The notes under the pieces are model-generated. The model was not told the origin of the DNA and searched no databases. It worked only from the letters and a program-made list of their open reading frames with translations. From the UHGV virus genome UHGV-0209075: a DNA stretch of 41,775 nt, one strand, 5' to 3'. The position numbers and the translations under genes were made by a program. Below are positions 6,939 through 14,897 of the stretch, piece by piece; the stretch's first letter is position 1, and every line of letters begins with the position of its first letter. This DNA comes from a virus.

Positions 6939-7123
6939 CTTCAGCATTTGCGCTGGTGATGACCGTTTTTCTTATAACGGGTGAGCCACAAAATGTGATT
7001 ACCGGAATTTATGACAGTAAGTCATCCTGCATTCAGGTAAGGGACGAACAAAAAATCCCCGGTGAATGCCTCCCGTTAAAAAAAGTATCGCTGAACCTGA
7101 ATAACGAAATACCGGCTGGATAA
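6935..7123 (+). CDS. small protein (62 aa) with N-terminal hydrophobic segment and two Cys; function unknown
   Basis: GTG 6935 overlaps the upstream stop (GTGA) and is preceded by GGAG (7-nt spacer), indicating translational coupling. Confidence 0.4.
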   Translation: MTSAFALVMTVFLITGEPQNVITGIYDSKSSCIQVRDEQKIPGECLPLKKVSLNLNNEIPAG

Positions 7124-7218
7124 CCCGCCAGCCATATTAACGCCATACCAACGGATTAAAAATGCCAGCAATGGCAGGGATTCGTTCACCCTGAAATCTG
7201 TAATGAGGTTAAAACACA

Positions 7219-9693
7219 ATGAGTAAAATCTTTATTTGCGCTGCTATTCCTGACGAACAGGCCATAAAAGAAGATAGCGCTGTTGCGGTGGCCACTGCCA
7301 TTGAAGCCGGTGATGAACGTCGCGCCCGCGCAAAATTTCACTGGCAATTCCTGGAACATTATCCGGCTGCTCAGGACTGCGCTTATAAATTTCTTGTTTG
7401 CGAGGATAAACCCGGTATACCCCGCCCTGCCCTCGATTCCTGGGATGCTGAATATATGCAGGAAAACCGCTGGGATGAGGAATCCGCTTCCTTTATTCCG
7501 GTCGAACCAGAATCCGATCCGATGAACGTCAATTTTGACAAGCTGTCCCTTGAAGTACAGAACGCGGTCCTGGTTAAGTTCGGTACATGTGAAAACATCA
7601 CCGTTGATATGGCGATTGACGCGCAGGAATTACTGCAGGAAGACGTTGCTACCTTTGACGGGCATATCGTTGAAGCACTGATGAAAACGCCTGAAATTAA
7701 CGCTATGTATCCGGAACGCAAACTGTTCGCTATCGGATGGGTTAAACACAAATGTAATCCGGGTGCCAAATGGCCAGAAATTCAGGCTGAATTACGTAAC
7801 TGGAAAAAACGGCAGGACGCAGAGCGCAAAGAGACTGGAAAATACACGTCTGTTGTTGATCTCGCCCGCGCCAGAGTCAATCAACAGCACACTGAAAACT
7901 CAGCAGGAAAAATCAACCCAGTCACTGCCGCCATTTGTCGCGAATACAAGCAGACATGGAAAACGCTGGATGAAGAACTGGCCTACGCTCTCTGGCCTGG
8001 CGATATTGATACCGGAAACATTGACGGCAGCATCCATCGCTGGGCAAAAAATGAAGTTATCGACAAAGATCGCGAAGACTGGAAGCGCATTTCCGCATCA
8101 ATGCGCAAACAACCCGATGCCGTTCGCTACGACCGTCAGACTATTTTTGGCCTTGTCCGTGAGCGTCCGATCGACATTCACAAAGATCCCGTAGCACTGA
8201 ACAAATACATCACTGAATACCTGACTACCAAGGGCGTGTTTGAAGATGACGAAGGAACAAATCAGGGCACAGCTGGTACTCTCCCGTCACCAGTACCAGA
8301 AACTGATGCAGTGGAAACGGCAATGCCGGACAACGAAAAAACCGAATGCGAAGTGGAAGACGAACCATCTGTAGAGCGTGAGGGACCGTTCTACTTCCTT
8401 TTCACCGATAAGGACGGCGAAAAATACGGTCGCGCAAACAAACTTTCTGGTCTGGAAAAAGCACTGGCCCTGGGAGCTACGGAAATCACAAAAGAGGAAT
8501 ACTTCGCACGTAAAAACGGCACGTACTCAGGTTCACAACAAAATACTGGTGCATCTGACACGATCGCACAACCAGAGCCGGTAAAAGTTACCGCTGACGA
8601 AGTAAACAAAATTATGCAGGCAGCCAATATCAGCCAGCCTGACGCCAATAAGTTGCTTGCTGTATCACGTGGTGAATTTGTTGCAGGGATTAGCGCCCCG
8701 AATGATCCGAAATGGGTGAAGGGGATTGAAACCCGCGATTCAGTGAATCAGAACCAGCAAGAAACGGAACAGAACGGCCAGAAAGCGGAACAAAACAGCC
8801 CAAATGCGTTACAAAACGAGCCAGAAACGAAACATCCTGAACCAGTGGCGCAACAGGAAGTGGAAAAAGTCTGCACCGCCTGCGGTCAGACCGGCGGCGG
8901 CAACTACCCTGATTGTGGCGCGGTGATGGGCGACGCAACATACCAGGAAACATTCGATGAAGAGTATCAGGTTGAAGTTCAGGAAGATGATCCGGAGGAA
9001 ATGGAAGGCGCTGAACATCCACACAAGGAGAACACTGGCGGCAATCAGCATCACGATAGCGATAATGAAACTGGCGAGACGGCAGATCACTCAATTAAGG
9101 TGAACGGTCATCAAGAAATCACATCCACCAGCAGGACGTGTGACCATCTAATGATCGACCTTGAAACCATGGGAAAAAATCCTGATGCCCCGATCATCTC
9201 AATAGGTGCAATATTTTTCGATCCGCAAACCGGAGATATGGGACCGGAATTTAGTAAGACTATCGATCTGGAAACTGCTGGCGGAGTCATTGATCGGGAC
9301 ACCATTAAATGGTGGCTTAAGCAATCACGCGAAGCGCAATCTGCCATTATGACCGATGAAATCCCGTTAGATGATGCACTGTTACAATTGCGGGAATTTA
9401 TCGACGAAAACTCCGGTGAATTTTTTGTTCAGGTCTGGGGAAATGGAGCCAACTTCGACAACACGATTTTGCGCCGTTCATACGAACGGCAGGGGATCCC
9501 CTGCCCGTGGCGTTACTACAACGATCGCGATGTACGCACAATCGTTGAGCTGGGGAAGGCCATAGACTTCGATGCCAGAACGGCTATTCCATTCGAAGGT
9601 GAGCGCCATAATGCACTTGATGACGCCCGTTACCAGGCAAAATACGTTTCAGCTATCTGGCAAAAACTGATCCCGAGTCAGGCTGATTTTTAA
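7219..9693 (+). CDS. large early-left protein with C-terminal DEDDh (DnaQ-like) 3'-5' exonuclease domain
   Basis: Exo motifs MIDLETMG, WGNGANFDNTIL and HNALDDARYQAKY in roughly residues 645-810; Glu/Gln/Asn-rich acidic linker; N-terminal ~340 aa unassigned. Confidence 0.7.
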   Translation: MSKIFICAAIPDEQAIKEDSAVAVATAIEAGDERRARAKFHWQFLEHYPAAQDCAYKFLVCEDKPGIPRPALDSWDAEYMQENRWDEESASFIPVEPESDPMNVNFDKLSLEVQNAVLVKFGTCENITVDMAIDAQELLQEDVATFDGHIVEALMKTPEINAMYPERKLFAIGWVKHKCNPGAKWPEIQAELRNWKKRQDAERKETGKYTSVVDLARARVNQQHTENSAGKINPVTAAICREYKQTWKTLDEELAYALWPGDIDTGNIDGSIHRWAKNEVIDKDREDWKRISASMRKQPDAVRYDRQTIFGLVRERPIDIHKDPVALNKYITEYLTTKGVFEDDEGTNQGTAGTLPSPVPETDAVETAMPDNEKTECEVEDEPSVEREGPFYFLFTDKDGEKYGRANKLSGLEKALALGATEITKEEYFARKNGTYSGSQQNTGASDTIAQPEPVKVTADEVNKIMQAANISQPDANKLLAVSRGEFVAGISAPNDPKWVKGIETRDSVNQNQQETEQNGQKAEQNSPNALQNEPETKHPEPVAQQEVEKVCTACGQTGGGNYPDCGAVMGDATYQETFDEEYQVEVQEDDPEEMEGAEHPHKENTGGNQHHDSDNETGETADHSIKVNGHQEITSTSRTCDHLMIDLETMGKNPDAPIISIGAIFFDPQTGDMGPEFSKTIDLETAGGVIDRDTIKWWLKQSREAQSAIMTDEIPLDDALLQLREFIDENSGEFFVQVWGNGANFDNTILRRSYERQGIPCPWRYYNDRDVRTIVELGKAIDFDARTAIPFEGERHNALDDARYQAKYVSAIWQKLIPSQADF

Positions 9694-9708
9694 TGTTCAA
9701 CCCTAATT

Positions 9709-9734
9709 GCCGCTAACCGTATATAGTTAGCGGC
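9709..9734 (+). other. 9-bp-stem hairpin between exonuclease gene and excisionase-like gene
   Basis: GCCGCTAAC-cgtatata-GTTAGCGGC; no clean U-tract, so attenuator or protein-binding site rather than strong terminator. Confidence 0.3.
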
Positions 9735-9751
9735 GGTTATGAGATATAGCT

Positions 9752-9955
9752 ATGAGTAGCTTATTTTTAACCGAAGATGAATTGCTAATATTAACGGGCT
9801 GCAAATATGCAAGCCACCAGCGAAAATGGTTAACGGAAAACGGGCTTCCGTTCTATACCAATCGTAGTGGCAAACCGATTGTCAGCCGGGATCTATTTAC
9901 CTGCAATAAAACTTTACCACCACGCGAGGTAGAGCCGAATTTTGGTGCAATCTGA
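9752..9955 (+). CDS. excisionase-like small DNA-binding protein (candidate recombination directionality factor)
   Basis: 67-aa ORF whose TGA overlaps the integrase ATG (TGATG at 9953-9957); position immediately upstream of int; weak SD. Confidence 0.45.
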   Translation: MSSLFLTEDELLILTGCKYASHQRKWLTENGLPFYTNRSGKPIVSRDLFTCNKTLPPREVEPNFGAI

Positions 9956-10980
9956 TGGGAAGACGAAGGAAAAATCCTGAACACGAAAAACTACCTCCAA
10001 ATGTATATCCAAATAAATATAGTTATGTATGGAAACCAACATCCAGAGAATCTGTCACACTAACCGCCATCAAGGATGGTTTAGCTGCTTTATGGAAAAG
10101 GTATGAGGAAACTGTAAATAATCGCGATCGCGCAATGACATTCGGTCGCTTGTGGGAAAAATTCCTCGCCAGCGCCTATTACAGTGACCTCAGTCCAAGA
10201 ACACAAAAAGATTATCTGCAACATCAAAAAAAGTTGCTTGCCGTATTCGGTAAGGTGCCGGCAGATTCCATAAAACCAGAACACATCCGTCGATACATGG
10301 ACCAGAGAGGGGGGCAGAGTAAAACGCAAGCCAACCATGAAAAAAGCAGTATGTCCCGCGTTTACAGTTGGGGATATGAGCGAGGGTACGTGAAGGCTAA
10401 CCCATGTGCAGGTGTAAGTAAATTCAAGGCCAAAAACCGCGAACGATATGTAACCGACAAAGAATACCAGGCAGTATTAAGCGTTGCACCTCTTCCTGTT
10501 TTTATCGCAATGGAAATTGCCTATCTGTGTGCAGCGAGGGTTTCCGATGTGTTATCGCTGAAATGGGAGCAGATTGGAAACGACGGGATCTTTATCCAGC
10601 AAGGGAAAACAGGGAAAAAACAGATAAAAGCATGGAGTCCACGATTACAGGCGGCGATCGAAAAAGCAAAACAGTTACCAACATCCGCCTATGTAATCAG
10701 CAATCAATACGGCAACCGATATATGTACAAAGGCTTTAACGAAATGTGGGTAGAAGCAAGAAATCGCGCAGGCAAAATTTCAGGTATTTTAACCGACTTC
10801 ACCTTTCATGATCTGAAGGCGAAAGGAATTTCAGACTATGAAGGAAGCAGCCGGGATAAGCAACTTTTCTCTGGTCACAAAACCGAGGGGCAAGTGCTAA
10901 TCTATGACAGGAAGGTTAAAGTTTCACCGACACTTGATGTCCCGTTACCTGAAAATATTCCAAGAAAATATTCCAAGTAA
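9955..10980 (+). CDS. int: tyrosine integrase, lambda Int family
   Basis: N-terminus MGRRRKNPEHEKLPPNVY resembles lambda Int MGRRRSHERRDLPPNLY; 341 aa; adjacent to att core. Confidence 0.85.
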   Translation: MGRRRKNPEHEKLPPNVYPNKYSYVWKPTSRESVTLTAIKDGLAALWKRYEETVNNRDRAMTFGRLWEKFLASAYYSDLSPRTQKDYLQHQKKLLAVFGKVPADSIKPEHIRRYMDQRGGQSKTQANHEKSSMSRVYSWGYERGYVKANPCAGVSKFKAKNRERYVTDKEYQAVLSVAPLPVFIAMEIAYLCAARVSDVLSLKWEQIGNDGIFIQQGKTGKKQIKAWSPRLQAAIEKAKQLPTSAYVISNQYGNRYMYKGFNEMWVEARNRAGKISGILTDFTFHDLKAKGISDYEGSSRDKQLFSGHKTEGQVLIYDRKVKVSPTLDVPLPENIPRKYSK

Positions 10981-10987
10981 TTCCAAG
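10952..10987 (+). repeat. direct repeats ATTCCAAG (x3, including tandem 13-mer AAAATATTCCAAG x2) at the int 3' end; fourth copy at 11199-11206; candidate Int arm-type sites
   Basis: Copies at 10957-10964, 10970-10977, 10980-10987 and 11199-11206, all in the same orientation, flanking the att core on both sides. Confidence 0.4.
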
Positions 10988-11032
10988 TGTGATTTTTGTC
11001 ACTGACTTAATGATGTGTAAGTGATTGAATTT

Positions 11033-11093
11033 TGGCGGAGAGAGGGGGATTTGAACCCCCGGTGGAGTTGCCCCCACTCCGGTTTTCGAGACC
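11033..11093 (-). other. attP core: 3' ~61 nt of a tRNA-Ser(CGA)-like gene (anticodon loop to CCA) without the 5' half
   Basis: Minus-strand GGTCTCGAAAACCGGAGTGGGGGCAACTCCACCGGGGGTTCAAATCCCCCTCTCTCCGCCA has anticodon loop, long variable arm, T-arm GGTTCAAATCC and acceptor 3' strand plus CCA; sequence 5' of it is not tRNA-like. Confidence 0.6.
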
Positions 11094-11394
11094 GATGATA
11101 CAGAGTCGAAAAATCAAAGAGTTAAAAACTTTTCTTGGAATAAATGTCTTAAAATCGTACACGAAAAATCAATAAATTACATAACATTAAAGAAGAATAT
11201 TCCAAGCCTTCTTGAGGCCACCACCTGTTTTCAGGTGTCATTCAGACGTGATTTACCCCAGATTGGGTAAGCACGCTTTTTTTCTCAGCTTATTCCGTTT
11301 TGCCTGTGTGTTGAATAATTCCACTGCAGTTATATAAAATCGGTAACGGCTGGAAATCATTCAATACTAGCACTATCGAAAGTTAACCAGCCAA

Positions 11395-11440
11395 CCGCAG
11401 TATCCTGTCATGACAAGTTACTGCGGCTTTTTACTTTTTA
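11395..11440 (+). terminator. strong hairpin + U-tract beyond attP (tI/sib-like position)
   Basis: CCGCAGTA...TACTGCGG 8-bp outer stem with internal TGTCA/TGACA pairing, followed by CTTTTTACTTTTTATATTT. Confidence 0.5.
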
Positions 11441-11443
11441 TAT

Positions 11444-11731
11444 TTAACGGATCAACATCCAGATCAGCAGACACGCCACCACCGGCACAGCAAAATCCAT
11501 CAGGCTTGCCACATCCCACGCGCGTGGATCAAAACCGCCCCACCACGGCATGTTAATCCGCTTGCCATGCCCGAACATTTCAATCCAGCGATATTCTGCC
11601 TGGGTGTGTTCACGCGCAATGAAGAACGTACAACCGGCTATCGCCCCGTAAGCCCAGTTTCCGGTAAAAAGACCAGCCAGCCCCTGTACCGCCACAGCAC
11701 AAATTGCATGAAGTATCGGCGTGATATCCAT
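11444..11731 (-). CDS. small integral membrane protein (95 aa); function unknown
   Basis: ATG 11731 preceded by AAGGGGAG; hydrophobic N- and C-terminal segments; last gene of the minus-strand late arm before attP. Confidence 0.5.
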   Translation of the reverse strand: MDITPILHAICAVAVQGLAGLFTGNWAYGAIAGCTFFIAREHTQAEYRWIEMFGHGKRINMPWWGGFDPRAWDVASLMDFAVPVVACLLIWMLIR

Positions 11732-11740
11732 CTGCTCCCC

Positions 11741-12019
11741 TTAAAACCACTCCCTGAGCGGGCGCTCTGGTGTAACCACCCACTCACGGAACACGGAATC
11801 CTCAAATCCATCGTCAAGAAGACGGATATTAACAAAGTACCCTTCGTTTCGCGTGTATTCTGGTTCTCCGTCATCAGAAACATCTGTCTCCCTGAACGTA
11901 AAACCAATCTCATCAACCAGAACGGCATTCTGCAGCTCTTCGTCCTCTTCCCAGTTAAGTTTCCTGAGAAATGCCCTGAAATCTGCTTTATCACTGAAAC
12001 GCAACGTGAAATCTCTCAC
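11741..12019 (-). CDS. small acidic protein (92 aa); function unknown
   Basis: GTG 12019 overlaps the stf stop (GTGA) and is preceded by GGGGAGG (7-nt spacer). Confidence 0.45.
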   Translation of the reverse strand: MRDFTLRFSDKADFRAFLRKLNWEEDEELQNAVLVDEIGFTFRETDVSDDGEPEYTRNEGYFVNIRLLDDGFEDSVFREWVVTPERPLREWF

Positions 12020-14079
12020 TCCACAACCTCCCCAAGCTGCGCATCTGTTAGCTCTTTATGCCAGAGACGAAAATTCCTCACATGCCCAAATAAATGGCGT
12101 AATCCTGCTGTAGTTTGTCCACCAATGCGAATGGTTGCTGTACTCCGGATATATTCCCATTTGGTTTTAGTTTCGCTGCTTAACTTACCGTTACTGACTA
12201 CACATGTGGACCGTTCGGACTTTACCCGCATACCAATAAGCATTTTTTCCAGCCCGGCATTTTCATTTATTCGTCGGTCTGAACCACCTATATCGCAATA
12301 CGGAAAACCGTCGTACCCACCTGATGAACCAAACCCCATTACGATCCCCGCTCCGGTTTGATGACCGCCGGTATCAAAAACACGCGGCGCTACATTTGGC
12401 GTTTTATACCAGTTCTTATGTACCTCACAAAGAACCGTAAAAGGAAGATTATAAAGGTTATTCTTGATTGGGACTGTCACCATATCGCTTGCCCGCGTTG
12501 CCGGTGCCGTCCCCGTAACAATAAAAGATGATGCGCCTGTACCAGCCTCAATCTGTGGAGTGGTTACATCGAGATAATCCCCTGATGTAACCATCTGCCC
12601 TGTATCCGGAGAATACTGGACAAAACCACCAACCGTATTTTCTGTTGTATCTGCTTTTAATGTAGCCTCAAAAAATATCCAGCCAGTTGCATCATCCTTA
12701 ACAGACCTTGCTGTAACACGGCTTGTCTGACCTGTCTTGCTAATTATGCGGGTGGTAAGGTTCAGGTTTGCTGCTCCTATTGATGTCCTTACCTCCCCAT
12801 CATAATGTTCAAATAAAATACGAACGGCGATATTATCAACTTCACTTTTTACCCGACAGGATATAGTTACATGCTTTTCGTCCCCTGAAGTATCAACCCC
12901 TCCGGTACTCGAATACAGTCCGATAATGGTATGCGCTTTACTTGTACCAACAATCGAATCCTGTACGACAAACCGACCATAATTAAACCCGAAACTATCT
13001 GTGCCTGTTTCTGTAACGTCCAGTGAAGTTGACTTATTCCACTTCGAAGGGTCTGTACTGTTCTGGAAGAAGTTCGTTCTTTGTCCCTCAATAAGCAGGC
13101 CATCACACTCAAATCGCGGCTCATTAATTTCCGCCGTTTTCAGTTCGCCAGATTTGTTGATATATGTTGCCGTTGATGCGCGACTGAAATTAACCTGTTT
13201 ATCACTGGCAACCTGAACCACATTATCACCAATCTTCACTTTTTTATAACCCGGAGAATAGCCCGTAATCATATCCAGCGAATCATTAAAGGGTATCCAC
13301 ACATCCGGCAGCGGCTGTAAAACATATCTGTACGGCTCTGCTGTCTGGTTTGCGTATTCTCTGGCAGCATCTTCACTTGCTTTTGCTGCCGTCTGGCTTG
13401 CTGCCGATGCTTTCGCCGAGTTCGCCGCCGCTGTTTCGCTCACCTTTGCGTTGGCTTCACTGTCTTTGGCATTCGTCTCACTGGTTTTCGCTGCCGTCTG
13501 GCTGGATTTTGCGTTTTTTTCGCTGGCCTTTGTGGCTGTCTCGCTATTTTTCGCGCTGGTTTCTGATTTTTTGGCTGCTGTCGCGGAGTTTGCCGATGCA
13601 GTCTGCGAGGCCGCTGCCGCCTGTGCGCTGTTAGCTGCATTCGTTTCTGAGGTTTTCGCCGCATTCTTCGATGAGGCTGCTGCCGTTTCGGATTTCTTTG
13701 CCGCCGCTGCACTCTGTGATGACGCTCCGGCATGACGTGCCACTTCATTCACCATCAGCTCAAAACGGCGCAGTGCCTCCGGACGAACATCATCCTCCGT
13801 CATGGCGCCGAGAAAATCATTCAGCGTACCTGGTCTGGAACCTTCATAGACGGTAATGGTCCCGGCATGTGAAGGCGGAAAATCTTCAACCAGCAGGGTG
13901 ACGCTGTACTGGCCATACTCAACATCCATGCTGTAACGCCCGGCTTCATCCGGATTTTCAGAGGCCACCGTGTTCACCACCACCGTGCTGCTGGTCCGTC
14001 TGGCCTTCAGCACAATGGTGCAGTTCTGTACTGGTTTTCCTGTGCCATCTTTAAGCACGCCAGAAATTTTTACTGTCAT
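12016..14079 (-). CDS. stf: side tail fibre protein
   Basis: N-terminal ~130 aa very close by eye to lambda Stf (VKISGVLKDGTGKPVQNCTI...), Ser/Ala/Lys/Glu-rich repeat shaft, divergent C-terminal domain. Confidence 0.85.
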   Translation of the reverse strand: MTVKISGVLKDGTGKPVQNCTIVLKARRTSSTVVVNTVASENPDEAGRYSMDVEYGQYSVTLLVEDFPPSHAGTITVYEGSRPGTLNDFLGAMTEDDVRPEALRRFELMVNEVARHAGASSQSAAAAKKSETAAASSKNAAKTSETNAANSAQAAAASQTASANSATAAKKSETSAKNSETATKASEKNAKSSQTAAKTSETNAKDSEANAKVSETAAANSAKASAASQTAAKASEDAAREYANQTAEPYRYVLQPLPDVWIPFNDSLDMITGYSPGYKKVKIGDNVVQVASDKQVNFSRASTATYINKSGELKTAEINEPRFECDGLLIEGQRTNFFQNSTDPSKWNKSTSLDVTETGTDSFGFNYGRFVVQDSIVGTSKAHTIIGLYSSTGGVDTSGDEKHVTISCRVKSEVDNIAVRILFEHYDGEVRTSIGAANLNLTTRIISKTGQTSRVTARSVKDDATGWIFFEATLKADTTENTVGGFVQYSPDTGQMVTSGDYLDVTTPQIEAGTGASSFIVTGTAPATRASDMVTVPIKNNLYNLPFTVLCEVHKNWYKTPNVAPRVFDTGGHQTGAGIVMGFGSSGGYDGFPYCDIGGSDRRINENAGLEKMLIGMRVKSERSTCVVSNGKLSSETKTKWEYIRSTATIRIGGQTTAGLRHLFGHVRNFRLWHKELTDAQLGEVVE

Positions 14080-14093
14080 ACTTTTCCACCAAT

Positions 14094-14124
14094 AAAAAAA
14101 GCCCGCAGCAGTGACGCCACGGGC
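14094..14124 (-). terminator. rho-independent terminator downstream of lom
   Basis: GCCCG...CGGGC hairpin followed on the minus strand by U7. Confidence 0.5.
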
Positions 14125-14230
14125 TTCAGGACAGTGTAACTTTACGTTTCCTCAAACGCAGTTCACCCCATAAGGCGGATGAACCTGCGTATCATAACAA
14201 TATTTACAGAAGATAAATCGGCGTCTGTTG

Positions 14231-14830
14231 TCAGAAACGGTATCCGATACCAACAATAAATGCATCCGTTCGCCAGTCGCCACTACCGGAACCTTCATAA
14301 GCAATATCAATGGTCACGGATTCGGTCGGGTTAAACTGCACGCCAGCTCCCCACGCCAGAGACGTGTTGCTGTGGCGATCGTCATCACTTCCGGTCAGCA
14401 CATCGTGCGTTTTCCCCTTGTTGTCAGTTACGCGGAGATAATCCCCGGAGAACGTCGACACACGGCTGTAAGCCACACCTGCCATCGCATAAGCACTGAA
14501 CCATTCATTCACGCGTACAGATGGCCCCGCCATCACGCTGAACCAGCGGTTACGCACGGAATCTTCATGCCAGCGGGTATCGCTGTAGTGCGTTTTTTGC
14601 TCATCTTTGGCATTGGCATAACTGAATGACGTCACCAGCCCCAGCGTGTCCGTAAACTCATAACGGTATTTCACGTTAATCCCGTTCAGATCATCGCTGC
14701 CAGGCATATCAGTATGGGTCTGAAGATACCCGGCGCTTAGTGTGGACTGATGCTCTGCTGCGCTCGCTGGCGTACCAGCGGCAACCAGCCAGACTACTGC
14801 GGACAGAATAACAGCACATAATTTACGCAT
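14231..14830 (-). CDS. lom: Lom/Ail/OmpX-family outer-membrane beta-barrel protein
   Basis: Signal peptide plus alternating beta-strand pattern ending GIGYRF; position between J and stf as in lambda. Confidence 0.85.
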   Translation of the reverse strand: MRKLCAVILSAVVWLVAAGTPASAAEHQSTLSAGYLQTHTDMPGSDDLNGINVKYRYEFTDTLGLVTSFSYANAKDEQKTHYSDTRWHEDSVRNRWFSVMAGPSVRVNEWFSAYAMAGVAYSRVSTFSGDYLRVTDNKGKTHDVLTGSDDDRHSNTSLAWGAGVQFNPTESVTIDIAYEGSGSGDWRTDAFIVGIGYRF

Positions 14831-14854
14831 AATTACCTCTCGCTTTTCTGCAAT

Positions 14855-14878
14855 AAAAAAGGCGCCATTTCTGGCGCC
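14855..14878 (-). terminator. hairpin + U-tract between J and lom
   Basis: GGCGCC-atttct-GGCGCC followed on the minus strand by U6. Confidence 0.55.
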
Positions 14879-14897
14879 CGTATTGGGGTTATAAAAT

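Noticed and set aside
6198-6947. Several 60-90-aa minus-strand and overlapping ORFs in the 6195-6749 non-coding stretch
   Set aside because: Mutually overlapping frames, no RBSs, junk-like composition; the region is better explained as structured non-coding sequence.
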